NCBI RefSeq assembly: GCF_030684315.1
Contig: NC_081354.1
Span: 56,262,259 to 56,326,258, forward strand
Source: Stegostoma tigrinum
Taxonomy: Eukaryota
Direction: 5' to 3'
Length of the DNA stretch: 64,000 nt
Shown here one piece after another: positions 13,816 to 25,908 of this stretch. The first letter of the stretch is position 1. Every line of letters begins with the position of its first letter. The notes beneath the pieces were generated by a model. The model was not told where the DNA came from. It ran no database searches and saw nothing but the letters and a program-made list of their open reading frames with translations. The translations under genes were made by a program, and so were the position numbers.

Positions 13816-14572
13816 AATAATCTTCCAGAAACTTCTCAGAAGTCATGTTAGCCAAACAATCATCATTCTCTGTACTCCTAATGGGTCTGGAAAGCTAACT
13901 AATATGTAATAAACTGCCAAATAGAAAAATATCACCAAGAAAAAAAAACACAAACTTGCTACAATATAATCATAAGTTACATCCATCCCACAAGAAGACG
14001 TGTGAATGACTTTCCATTTAACCCCTGAAATGGGCCACAGACAGTTGGTCATCTACTATACAACTCTTTGCCCTGAAGCTGATCGCCACTCAACCTCCAG
14101 AAGGCTTGATCACATGACTCCCACAATACAGAGTCCAACTACATTTTAGCAATACAATTTTGAACCAGTGACAGTATCAATAAAAGATGATAAGATAAAA
14201 ATAAGAGAAGGTAAAACACAGACTTCCAAGTTTAGGCAGTTCCCATCATATCTTTGGTACATTATCCCACATTTCTCTCACTCTCTCCCATACAGTCATC
14301 TACAAAAACATTACGCAGAGAACCATAGAGCTGTACAGCATGGAAACAGATCTTTCAGTACAACTCATCCATGTTGACCAGGTATCCTAAATTAATCTAG
14401 ACCCATCTACCAGCTTTTGGCCCATGCCCCTCTAAACCCTTCCTATTCATATACCCCCCCAGATGCCTTTTAAATGTTGTGATTGTACCAGCTTCCACCA
14501 ATTCCTCTGATAACAAAGTGTGAAGCTAGATGAACACAGCAGGCCAGGCAGCATCTCAGGAGCACAAAAGCT

Positions 14573-14600
14573 GACGTTTCGGGCCTAGACCCTTCATCAG
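14573..14600 (-). ncRNA. Minimal type I hammerhead ribozyme motif (PLE pLTR)
   Basis: CUGAUGA-A-GGGU(CUAG)GCCC-GAAA-CG-UC has an intact catalytic core, stem II and palindromic ACGU stem III. Stem I is only about 2 bp. Activity is untested. Confidence 0.7.
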
Positions 14601-16504
14601 AGAGGAGGATGGAGAGAGGGTTCTGGAATAAATAGGGAGAGGGGGGGAGGCGGACCAAAGATGGAAAGAAAAGAAGATAGGTGGAGCGGAGAGTATAGGT
14701 GGGGAGGTAGGGAGAGGAGAGGTCAGTCCAGGGAAGACGGACAGGTCAAGGTGGTGGGATGAGGTTAGTAGGTGGGAAATGGAGGTGCAGCTTGAGGTGG
14801 GAGGAAGGGATGGGTGACAGAAAGAACAGGTTAGAGAGGCAGAGACAGGCTGGGCTGGTTTTGGGATGCAGTGGGGGGAGGGGACGAGCTGGGCTGGTTT
14901 AGTGATGCAATGGGGGGAGGGGAAGAACTGGGCTGGTTTTGGGATGCATTGGGGGAAGGGGAGATTTTGAAGCTTGAGAAGTCCACGTTGATACCATTGG
15001 GCTGCAGGGTTCCCAAGCGGAATATGAGTTGCTGTTCCTGCAACCTTCGGGTGGCATCATTGTGGCACTGCAGGAGGCGCATGATGGACATGTCGTCTGA
15101 GGAGTGGGAGGGGAAGTTAAAATGGTTAGCAACTGGGTGGTGCAGTTGTTTATTGCGAACCGAGCGGAGGTGTTCTGCAAAGCGGTCCCCAAGCCTCCGC
15201 TTGGTTTCCCCAATGTAGAGGGAGCCACACCGGGTACAGTGGATACAGTATACCACATTGGCAGATGTGCAGGTGAACATCTGCTTAATATGGAAGGTCA
15301 TCTTGGGGCCTGGGATGGGGGTGAGGGAGGAGGTGTGGGGGCAAGTGTAGCACTTCCTGCGGTTGCAGGGAAAGGTGCCGGGTGTGGTGGGGTTGGACGG
15401 CAGTGTGGAGTGGACAAGGGAGTCACGGAGAGAGTGGTCTCTCCGAAGGCAGACAGGGGTGGGGATGGAAAAATGGCTTGGGTGGTGGGGTCGGATTGTA
15501 GATGGCGGAAATGTCAGAGGATGATGCATTGTATCCGGAGGTTGGTGGGGTGGTATGTGAGAACGTGGGGGATCCTCTTGGGGCGGTTGTGGCGGGGGCG
15601 GGGTTTGAGGGATGTGTTGCGGGAAACGTGGTCAAGGGCGTTCTCGACCACTGCAGTGGGAAAGTTGCGGTCCTTGAAGAATGTGGACATCTGGGATGTG
15701 CGGCAGTGGAATGCCTCATCCTGGGAGCAGATGTGGCTGAGGCGGAGGAATTGGGAATACGGGATGGAATATTTGCAGGAGGGTGGGTGGGAGGAGGTGT
15801 ATTCTAGGTAGCTGTGGGAGTCGGTGGGCTTGAAATGGACATCAGTTTCTAGCTGGTTAGTGGTATACTGTATCCATTGTACCCGGTGTGGCTTCCTCTA
15901 CATTGGGGAAACCAAGCGGAGGCTTGGGGACTGCTTTGCAGAACATCTCTGCTCGGTTGGCAGTAAACAACTGCACCTCCCAGTTGCGAACCATTTTAAC
16001 TCCCCCTCCCATTCCTCAGACGACATGGGCCTCCTGCAGTGCCACAATGATGCCACCCGAAGGTTGCAAGAACAGCAACTCATATTCCACTTGGGAACCC
16101 TGCAGCCCAATGGTATCAACGTGGACTTCACAAGCTTCAAAATCTCCCCTTCCCCCACTGCATCCCAAAACCAGCCCAGTTCGTCCCCTCCCCCCACTGC
16201 ATCATTAAACCAGCCCAGCTCGTTCCCCTCCCCCCACTGCATCCCAAAACCAGCCCGGCCTGTCTCCGCTTCCCTAACCTGCTCTTCCTCTCGCCTATCC
16301 CTTCCTCCCACCTCAAGCCGCACCTCCATCTCCTACCTACTACCCCATCCCATCTCCTTGACCTGTCCGTCTTCCTTGGACTGACCTATCCCCTCCCTAC
16401 CTCCCCACCTATACTCTCCGCTCCACCTATCTTCTTTTCTCTCCATCTTCGGTCCGCCTCCCCCCCTCCCTATTTATTCCAGAACCCTCTCCCCAACCCC
16501 CTCT

Positions 16505-16532
16505 CTGATGAAGGGTCTAGGCCCGAAATGTC
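16505..16532 (+). ncRNA. Minimal hammerhead motif (stem III C>U variant)
   Basis: CTGATGAAGGGTCTAGGCCCGAAATGTC. Confidence 0.6.
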
Positions 16533-17279
16533 AGCTTTTGTGCTCCTGAGATGCTGCTTGGCCTGCTGTGTTCATCCAGCTTCACACTTTGTTATCTTGG
16601 ATTCTCCAGCATCTGCAGTTCCTATTATCACTTCCACCAATTCCTCTGTTAGCTCATTCCATACGTGCACCACCGTCTGTATGAAAATAATGCCCCTTAG
16701 GTCCCTTTCATATCTTTCCACTCTGACCTTAAACCTAGGCCCTCTAGTTTTGGACTCTGCTAGCCTTGGGAAAAGACATTGGCTATTCACCTTATTCATG
16801 CCCATCATGATTTTATAAATCGCTATAAGATCACCCCTCAGCCCCCGATGTTCCAGGGAAAATAGCCCCAGCCAATTCAGCCTCTCCCTATCGCTCAAAC
16901 CTTTGAACTGTGGCAAGGTCCTTGTAAATCTTTTCTGAACCCTTTCAAATTTCACATCCTTTCTACAGCAGGGAGACCAGAATTGGACGCATTATTCAGA
17001 AGTGACCCAACCAATGTCCTGTATAGCTACAACATAACCTCCCAACTCCTATAGTCAATGCACTGACCAATAAAGTGAAGCATACCAATCGCCCTCTTCA
17101 CTGTCCTGATGGTACTGTATTAGACACTTACTGATTGAATGTTAAATGAATGAGTCAACATTTCCTTCAGGTTTTTAAACCCATCCTAAAAAATCATCCA
17201 GAAGAAAAAGCTCTGTGTTAAGCAAAGTTATTCGACCTATCATTAAACATAGCTTTTCGAAATAAATAATTAGTTTTAC

Positions 17280-17382
17280 CTGCTCCCATTATAAGTCCTG
17301 GTGCTGAATCTTTGGTGTGAACAGTGCCTGATACGTAAGGGTTGTCAGCCCAACGAAGGTGCAGATGAACAGAGCATTCGGG
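17280..17382 (-). CDS. SORCS2: SORCS2 internal coding exon (103 nt)
   Basis: tttctgtag|CCC GAA...GGA GCA G|gtaaaa translates PECSVHLHLRWADNPYVSGTVHTKDSAPGLIMGA(G). As recalled, HLHLRWADNPYVSGTVHTKD distinguishes SORCS2 from SORCS1/3. Phase 0/1. Confidence 0.96.
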
Positions 17383-18254
17383 CTACAGAAAAGACAAGCG
17401 ATAAATTCATATTTTAGGATTAATTGATGATTTGCATTTCATTCATTACTCTGTATGAAACACATTCCTCTAACTGTATATCTAAAGTTTCTAAGATTGT
17501 TTCCAAATGCTACAAAAACAAATAATTAATACCATTTGGGATGATTTAACAAATAAGGTTTTCTCATTTAGGCTAGCAATTTCCAGCATATTTTCTTGCA
17601 TTCAACTTTGGATAATGCAACTCAGGAAAGATACACGGGCCTTGGAGGGTTTCAGCACAGATTGACTCGAATGAAACCAAGCAAAGTATCTATGAGGGTC
17701 AGTCAACATCCATGGAGAGAGAGCAAGCTGTTATCTAGACTTGAAATGTTAGCTTGCTCTCTCCCCATGGATGCTGTCTGACCTGCTGTGATCTCAAGTT
17801 TTCAGTACAGATTCCAGCATCTGTAGTAATTTGCTCTTACAAAGTACTTATGAGGTTAAGAGCAATAAATCTGTAATGTATCACCAGACACAGTAGATTG
17901 TGGGTGATCTAATCATGTTGTAGATTTAGTGATGCAAGTTAAATAAGAAACAGCTTTAACAAACAAAAGACCCAGCTATGGGCTATTACCCATTCAGAGT
18001 GCAGGGAGAGGGGTTCACCCCTAATTTTAGAAAGTTATTCTGAGGCAATCACAATGCAAATAAAAACTGCACACAATGCACTATCAAATTACAAAATCAA
18101 GATAATTTTGTATTACAAAACAACCAAATGACGTGCTGTTTCTGCGAATTGCAACACAATATGTAAAGTTTCTCATTGCTGACACTCAGTCACATAGTAT
18201 AACACGTAGTATGGTGCCAAATGTGTGAACTAGTTGCATCTCCTTGTAGTAAAG

Positions 18255-19670
18255 TCATAAAGTCACAGACATACAACACAGAAAGAGACCCTTAAGTCCA
18301 AATCATCCATGTTGAACTAAACTAGTCGCATCTGCCTGCTCCTGGCCCATATCTCTCCAAATCTTTCCTATTTATGAATCTATCCAAACGTCATTTAATT
18401 ATTGTAATTGCATTCCTCAGGAAGTTTCTTCTACATGCAAACCACCCTCTGTGTAAAAACATTGCCCCTCACGTCTTTTTTAAATCTCACTGCTTTCACC
18501 TTAAAAACATTCTAAAACCTAGTCTTGAAATCCCCCATCCTAGGGGAAAGACAATTACCCCAAACTGTATGTATACCTCTCATTATTTTATAAACTTCTA
18601 TTACGGTGCCTCCTCCTACGCTCCAGTCCCAGCCTATCCAGCCTTTCTTTATAATTCAAACCTTCCATACCCATCAACATCCCGGTAAATCTCTTCTGAA
18701 CCATCTCCAGCTTGATAATATCCTTCCTATAACTGGGCAACCAGAACTGGACACAGTACTGCAGAAGAGATCTCACCAAGGTCCTGTACAATCTCAACAG
18801 GGCTTCCCAGCTCCTATACTCAAGGGCTGAACAAAAGGCAAGTGGGCCAAACACCTTTTTAACAATCCTGTCCATTTGAGACACAGCCTTCAAAGAATTA
18901 TGCACCTGCATCCCTAGGTCCCTCTGTTCTACAACATTTCCCAAAACCCCACCATTAATTGTATGAGCCCTACCCTTGTTTGTTGTACCTAAAAGCAATA
19001 CTTTTGCATTTATACACAATGAACTCCATCTGTCATTTTTCAGTCCATTGAGCTATTCGATCAAGATCCTTCTGTAATCTTCAAAAACATTCTTCACTAT
19101 TTACAATGCCACCAATTTTGCTGTCATCCACAAACGTACTAATCATGCCTTCTATGTTCTCCCCCAAATCATTTATGCAAATTACAAACAAAAATGGACC
19201 AAGAACCAATCCCTATGGAATACCACTGATCACAGGCCTCCAGTCCGAAAAACAACTCTCCACCATTATTCTCTGTCTTCTACCATTAAGTCAATTATGT
19301 ATCCAATTGGCAAGCTCACCCCAACTTTACTAACTAGTCCACCATGTGGGACGCTATCAAAGGCTTTACTAAAATCCAAATAAACAACGTGTACTGCTCT
19401 GCCATCATCAATCTTTTTGGTAATTTCCTCAAAAGACTCAATCAAGTTTGTGAGACACAAGTTTCCTCGCACAAAACCATGCTGACAACCCCTAATCAAT
19501 TTTTGCCTCTCTAAATGTCCATAAACCCTATCTTTTATAATCACCTTCAACAATTTACCCACAACCAAAGTCAGACTCACAGGCTCATAGGTTCCCAGTT
19601 CCTCCTTACAACCTTTCTTAAACAATGGTGTGACATTAATTACCCTCCTTGCCATCAGGCACCTCAACTG
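18255..19670 (-). mobile_element. Degenerate CR1 LINE, RT to 3' end
   Basis: NVTPLFKKG...YEPVSLTLVVGKLL...QHGFVRGNLCLTNLIE...VYLDFSKAFDSVPH; LYRTLVRSLLQYCVQFWLP. Confidence 0.9.
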
Positions 19671-19989
19671 CAGTTATAGATGATGCAAACCTTGTATTTA
19701 ATTTTCTGTGATTACTAGATGGTGCCAAATATGTGAACAAGATGCACTGCCCTTCTAGTAAAATTTTTCATTTCCTGTGGTTACCACAAATGTAGTTCAA
19801 ATATGTACATATATTTTAATGAAAAAATCCTTAATTGAAATTATTAACACCAAATTTGTATGTTATTCATATGGATACAGCTGGGGTGCTAAAAAAAAAC
19901 TGCATTGATTGTAGAATGTTCTGTTTCCGAGAACTGGTTAAATTTTGAATATTATCCATATTAGCAAACTCATCATTAACAGAGGATAT

Positions 19990-21185
19990 AATGAGTGAAG
20001 TTTGACGGTGGAATCTGAATTCAATTTTAAAAATCTGAAACTAAAAGCCTAAAGATGACCTTGAAACCATTGCTCATTATTGAAAAAAATTCACCTGGTT
20101 CCCTAATATCCTTCCTTTAGGTACGGAAACTGCCATCTTTACCTAACTTTGACCTTTATGTGACTCCAACCCACAGCAATGTGAATGAGTCTTAACTGCG
20201 CTCTGAAATGGTCTGGGAAGAGGTTCAGTACTAGGAAGTGTCAAAAATGCAATGAAACCAGGTGGGTCACCTGGCAGCAATGTAGACACCTGTAACGTGA
20301 ATGGTAAACACAGCCTTGTCGACCCTGCAAAGTCCTGCTCACAAACATCTGGGGGCTAGTGCCAAAATTGGAAGAGCTGTCCCACAGACCAGTCAAGTAA
20401 AAGCTTGACACTGTCACACTGATGGAATCATTACTTACAGACTATATCTCAACACCACAATCACCATCTCTCAGGGTGTCCAATCTCACCAGCAGGGCAG
20501 ACCAAGCACATGTGGTGGTAGTGTGGTATGTTTGAAGCAGCTGCCCTGGGTGTCCTCAACATTGACTCAGGACCCTGTGAAGACTTATAGCATCAGCTCA
20601 AACATGGACATGGAAACTTCCTGCTGATTACTACATACTGTCCTCCCTCAGCTGATGAATCAGTACTCCTCCATGAGCAAACACTTGGAGGAAGCACTAG
20701 AGTTGGCAAGAGTGCAGAAAGTGGGGCATTTCAATGTCCACCACCAAGAATGGCTTGACAGCAGCACTACTGATCGAGCTGGTCAGGTACTATGGGGCAC
20801 AGCTGCTAGACGGGGTATGCAACAGGTGGCAAGGGAACCAACAAAAAGGAAAAACATACTTGACCTTACTTACCATATTCACCAAACTGCCGGCTGCAGA
20901 GTAATCTGTCTATGACGATATCAGTAAGAGTGACCACTGCATAATCTTTGTGGACATGGAGTCCCACGTTCACACTTTCGCATTGAGAATGACTTCAGTT
21001 GTGTCTTGTGGCACTATTACTGTGCTAAATGGGACAGACTGCTGTCAAGTCAACTTGATCAAGCCTGGATCAATGGAAAGTGCAAGACAGCATGCCAGCA
21101 GCAGCACCAGGCATACCTGAAAATGGGATGTCAGTATGGTGAAGCTACCAAATGTGTGCCAAATGGCATAAGTAGCAAGTGATGG
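19990..21185 (+). mobile_element. Deu-SINE-like segment joined to a LINE APE-endonuclease region
   Basis: 19990-20215 resembles the shark SacSINE1/DeuSINE body as recalled (gatgaccttgaaaccattg...ctggttccctaat...gtgactccaacccacagcaatgtg...cttaactgcgctctgaaatgg). It is followed by LTNIWGLVPKLEELSHR...GHFNVHHQEWL...EPTKRKNILDL...SDH. Confidence 0.6.
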
Positions 21186-22169
21186 CTTAAGTATAAATAA
21201 AAGCAATATAAAGATATGAAGACAAAGTTATCTAAAGTAGGCTGGGAAAACAAACTATAACATAGAGTGGTTAAAAGTAGAAACAGATATTTAAGGAATT
21301 ATTTCAAACAAGGATATATTCCATTAACAAAGAAAGGACGCAGCATCCATGACTAACTAAGAAAGTTAAGGGTAGTATCAAAAGGAAACAAGAAAAATAC
21401 TAGGAAATTTGATGATAATTCGGAAGACTGGACACAATTTAGAAATCAGCAAAGAATGACTGAAAAAGTGTCAATGAATAGTATGAAAGAAATCTAGATT
21501 AAAAACAAGATCTGGAACTGTAGCAGCAAGTGGAGCTAATGTGCGTGGCTACTAGAGCCAGGAGTCAGATTACAGTGTGCTCCAGTTTGAGAGTTTCACA
21601 GTGGAGAGGGGGCATGAGCCAATTTTTGAGATTGGCAGATGCTGCTAAGAGCAGTCACATTATTCAATTGAAAAGGTGTGAGTTTGCAACCTTGGTTTGC
21701 AATAAAATCACAAAAAATATCAGTTATAATTTCCTGCTCTCTTCCCAGAACTCCCAAATGTCCAGGGTACAAACAAAAGGGTAAGCCATTGGTCCATACA
21801 TCTGCTGTCCCCACCATGACTGCTACTTCTCTCTATTGTTGGGGAATGATATCAAGGGTTTGTTTCTAAACATTGTCCATTAGGACTGCATTCCTTAGTT
21901 CCTTATTGATGAAGTTCCTTTATATTCCAAAACTCTGCGTTCATACCCACTTCAAATGGTTAGATGGTACTGAATTGAAATATCTTAATAATCTCAGTCA
22001 TTATTTTAATATTTCTGAATACAATACAACATGTCACTATATTTAGTGATACTGATCAATCCTTTGTTTAATATAATGGTCAGAGGTTTTACAGTTTCAC
22101 CTCGTCCCTTTCACCTTGGGGAACAATTTATTTCAGAAAGAGTTATTGCTGATTCTTTAATTCCATGAA

Positions 22170-22572
22170 ACATAGGAAGCCTATGGTTGAATGAGACAGG
22201 GCACATAAAAAATTTACAGACATTGCCAGGACTGGAAGGGTGACCTTACAGAGGTTTATATAATCTTGAGGGGCATCGATAAGTTGAATACCCAAGATAT
22301 TTTTCCAAGGGTAGAGACGTCCAAAAGTAGGGGGTACAAGTTCAAGGTGAGAGAGGTAAGTTTTAAAAGGGACCTGAGGGGCAACTTCTTCACACAGAGG
22401 GTGGTGCATATATGAAATAAGCTCATTTAAAAGACATTTGGATAGTTACATGAATGGGGTAACAGATATGTGCCAAGTGCAGGCAATTGGGACTAGTTTA
22501 GTTTAGGATACTTGGTCAGTATGGACAAGTTGGACTGAAGGGTTTGTTTCCATGTGTTTTGACTCTAAGACT
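22170..22572 (+). mobile_element. CR1 3' end
   Basis: gggtgaccttacagaggtttata (GDLxEVY) through the tail gaagggtttgtttccatgtgttttgactctaagactc. Confidence 0.8.
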
Positions 22573-22758
22573 CAATGTTCCTCTGCACGCTACTTCAAAA
22601 CTCCTATTTTTATAGATTTAATTTCATAATCAGTGTTATAACTGACGGGAAGTGGTGTCAGTGATGGCTAATCTTTGTGAAAAGGAGTCCTTCAACCAAA
22701 AAACATTTGTGAACCACTGCACCATCACTCAATTCACAAACAGGAATCCACTGATACC

Positions 22759-23185
22759 AAGATAACAAAGTGTGGAGCTGGATGAACACAGCCGGCCAAG
22801 CAGCATCTTAGGAGCACATAAGCTGACGTTTCGGGCCTAGACCTTTCATCAGAAAAGGGGGATGGGGAGAGGATTCTGAAATAAATAGGGAGAGAGGGGG
22901 AGGCGGACTGAAGATGGATAGAGGACAGTGGGAGAGAGATCCCCTGAGGTTGGTCCGGAGGGAGGAGGGTAACTTCTTCAGGTTAGGCATCCTGGAAGAG
23001 GCTTCGCAGTGAGGTTAAAATTGTGACCAGTGATGATGGGAACCGCAGATGCTGGAGAATCCAAGATAACAAAGTGTGGAGCTGGATGAACACAGCAGGC
23101 CAAGCAGCATCTCAGGAGCACAAAAGCTGACATTTCGGGCCTAGACCCTTCATCAGAAAAGGGGGATCAGTTCCCATCATCTCTG
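22759..23185 (-). mobile_element. Internally deleted mini-PLE with two pLTR ends and a 13-bp TSD
   Basis: TSD atccactgatacc is at 22746-22758 and 23186-23198. Two direct pLTR ends each carry a hammerhead motif (22825-22852, 23129-23156). Confidence 0.85.
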
Positions 23186-24612
23186 ATCCACTGATACCTG
23201 TGGGGCTACAGAAACATCAAAGGAAATCTGTGAAATTTCTCCAGCAGGAAAGAGAAGGACAGTAAAAAGAACACAAAGGGTAAAAAAAAGTAAATGAAGA
23301 AACTGCCCATCTGCAAAAAATGCCATCCCCTATTCCCAATTCCTTCGCCTCCGCTGCATCAGCTCCCAGGATGAGGTATTCCACTCCCGAACATCTCAGA
23401 TGTCCTCATTTTTCAAGGACCACAACTTCCACTTCACAGTGGTCGAGAACGCCCTTGACCATGTCTCCCATATTTCCCGCAACTCATCCCTCACAGCCCC
23501 TCCCCGCAATAACAACCAAAACAGGTTAGGCATCCTGGAAGAGGCTTCGCAGCGAGGTTAAAATTGTGATCAGTGATAATGGGAACTGCAGATGCTGGAG
23601 AATCCAAGATAACAAAGTGTGGAGCTGGATGAACACAGCAGGCCAAGCAGCATCTCAGGAGCACAAAAGCTGACATTTCGGGCCTAGACCCTTCATCAGA
23701 AAAGGGGGATCAGTTCCCATCATCTCTGATCCACTGATACCTGTGGGGCTACAGAAACATCAAAGGAAATCTGTGAAATTTCTCCAGCAGGAAAGAGAAG
23801 GACAGTAAAAAGAACACAAAGGGTAAAAAAAAAGTAAATGAAGAAACTGCCCATCTGCAAAAAATGCCATCCCCTATTCCCAATTCCTTCGCCTCCGCTG
23901 CATCAGCTCCCAGGATGAGGTATTCCACTCCCGAACATCTCAGATGTCCTCATTTTTCAAGGACCACAACTTCCACTTCACAGTGGTCGAGAACGCCCTT
24001 GACCATGTCTCCCATATTTCCCGCAACTCATCCCTCACAGCCCCTCCCCGCAATAACAACCAAAACAGGTTAGGCATCCTGGAAGAGGCTTCGCAGTGAG
24101 GTTAAAATTGTGATCAGTGATAATGGGAACTGCAGATGCTGGAGAATCCAAGATAACAAAGTGTGGAGCTGGATGAACACAGCAGGCCAAGCAGCATCTC
24201 AGGAGCACAAAAGCTGACATTTCGGGCCTAGACCCTTCATCAGAAAAGGGGGATCAGTTCCCATCATCTCTGATCCACTGATACCTGTGGGGCTACAGAA
24301 ACATCAAAGGAAATCTGTGAAATTTCTCCAGCAGGAAAGAGAAGGACAGTAAAAAGAACACAAAGGGTAAAAAAAAAGTAAATGAAGAAACTGCCCATCT
24401 GCAAAAAATGCCATCCCCTATTCCCAATTCCTTCGCCTCCGCTGCATCAGCTCCCAGGATGAGGTATTCCACTCCCGAACATCTCAGATGTCCTCATTTT
24501 TCAAGGACCACAACTTCCACTTCACAGTGGTCGAGAACGCCCTTGACCATGTCTCCCATATTTCCCGCAGCTCATCCCTCACAGCCCCTCCCCGCAATAA
24601 CAACCAAAACAG
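22979..24612. repeat. Tandem triplication, units of 543/544/544 bp
   Basis: Units start at 22979, 23522 and 24066. Near-identical ORF-track peptides at 23320, 23864 and 24408 show the period. Junctions share the microhomology cag. Confidence 0.95.
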
Positions 24613-25656
24613 AATCTCCCTAGTCCTCACATTCCACCCCACCAACCTATAGATCCAATGAATCATCCTCTGACACTTCCGCCATCTGCAATCTGACCCC
24701 ACTACCAAAGACATTTTTCTCTTCTGACCCTTATCTGCTTTTTGGAGGGACCACTCTCCTCGACACTCCCTTGCCCGCTCCACACTGTCCTCCAACTCAC
24801 CACACCCAGCACTATCCCCTGCGATTGTAGGAAGAGCTACACCTGCCCCTACACCTGCCCCCTCATCCCCAACCCAGGACCCAAGAAGACGTTCCACATC
24901 AAGCAGATGTTGACCTGCACATCTGTTAATGTGGTATACTGCATCTGCTGCACCCGTTGTGGCTTCCTCTACTTTGGGGAAACCAAGCGGAAGCTTCGGG
25001 ACCGCTTTGTAGAACACCTACATTCGGTTTGCACTAAACAACTGCACCTCCCAGTCTCAAACCATTTCAACTCCCCCTTCCATTCCTCAGATGACATGTC
25101 CATCCCGGGCCTCCTGCAGTGCCACAACGATGCCACCCGAAGGTTGCAGGAACAGCAACTCATATTCTGCTTGGGAACCCTACAGCCCAATGGTATCAAC
25201 GTGGACTTCACAAGCTTCAAAATCTCCCCTCCCTCTACCATATCCCAAAATCAGCCCAGCTTGTCCCCACCTCCCTAACCTTTCCTCCCACCTATCCCAA
25301 CCTCCCACCTCAAGCCCCACCCCCATATCCTACCAACTAGCATCATCTCGACCCCTTGACCTGTCCGTCCTCCCTGACTGACCTATCCCCTCCCTATCTC
25401 CCCACCTACACTCACCTCTACTGGCGCTATCCCCGCCTCTTTGACCTGTCTGTCTCCTCTCAACCCATCATTTATCCGCCTCCCCCTCTCTCCCCGTTTA
25501 TTTCAGAACCCCCTTCCCTCCCCCATGTCTGAAGAGGGTCCAGGGCCGAAACATCAGCCTTCCTGCTCCTCTGATGTTGCTTGGCCTGCTGTGTTCATCC
25601 AGCTCTACACCTTGTTATCTCAGATTCTCCAGCATCTGCAGTTTCTGATGTCTCTG
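24400..25656 (+). mobile_element. 5'-truncated Penelope-like element (RT thumb, GIY-YIG, pLTR)
   Basis: KNAIPYSQFLRLRCIS (RT C-terminal motif), then VVYCICCTRCGFLYFGETKRKLRDRFVEHL...VSNHFN, then a pLTR with a decayed hammerhead at 25529-25555. Its first ~210 bp are repeated in the tandem array. Confidence 0.9.
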
Positions 25657-25841
25657 AAACGGTTAATTATACTCAGTTTTGGGAAGCGTTTGGCTACAGA
25701 ACTGCTAATCAAATTACTGCATCCCTCAGATACTTGCTTCACTCAACAACACCACAAAGAAATCGTAAATTGGCAAAAAAAAATCTTCTATTGTTTGAGA
25801 CAAAATGGATAAATAAGAGTGGGCACAATTTTTAAAAAGTC

Positions 25842-25908
25842 GATACAGTGTGGAGCTGGAGGAACACAGCAGGACTCTGACTCCAGCATCTGCAGTTCTT
25901 GCAGTGTC
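25842..25908. mobile_element. Tiny inverted PLE-end chimera
   Basis: gatacagtgtggagctggaggaacacagcagg (minus-strand end) is fused to ctccagcatctgcagttc (plus-strand tail). tttttaa occurs near both sides. Confidence 0.55.

Larger units (their letters stand above)
14510..16630. mobile_element. Penelope-like element, inverted (head-to-head) partial copies with 18-bp TSD
   Basis: The GIY-YIG domain VVYCIHCTRCGSLYIGETKRRLGDRFAEHL...VANHFN occurs on the minus strand (14510-15859) and again on the plus strand (15860-16630). TSD cttccaccaattcctctg is at 14492-14509 and 16631-16648. Confidence 0.93.
14324..17105 (-). mobile_element. CR1 3' fragment interrupted by a PLE insertion (14510-16630)
   Basis: The 3' UTR lies at 14324-14509 and resumes at 16631. 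C-terminal ORF2 KFERVQKRFTRTLP...LGLFSLEHRGLRGDLIAIYKIM lies at 16631-16955. Confidence 0.85.

Noticed and set aside
15104-15811. 235-aa plus-strand ORF and other overlapping ORFs
   Set aside because: These are antisense or alternative frames of the Penelope ORF.
22979-24612. CRISPR-like or tandem gene array reading of the repeated 69-aa and 61-aa ORFs
   Set aside because: Whole 544-bp units repeat with no unique spacers, the peptides are off-frame PLE sequence, and the context is a eukaryotic intron.
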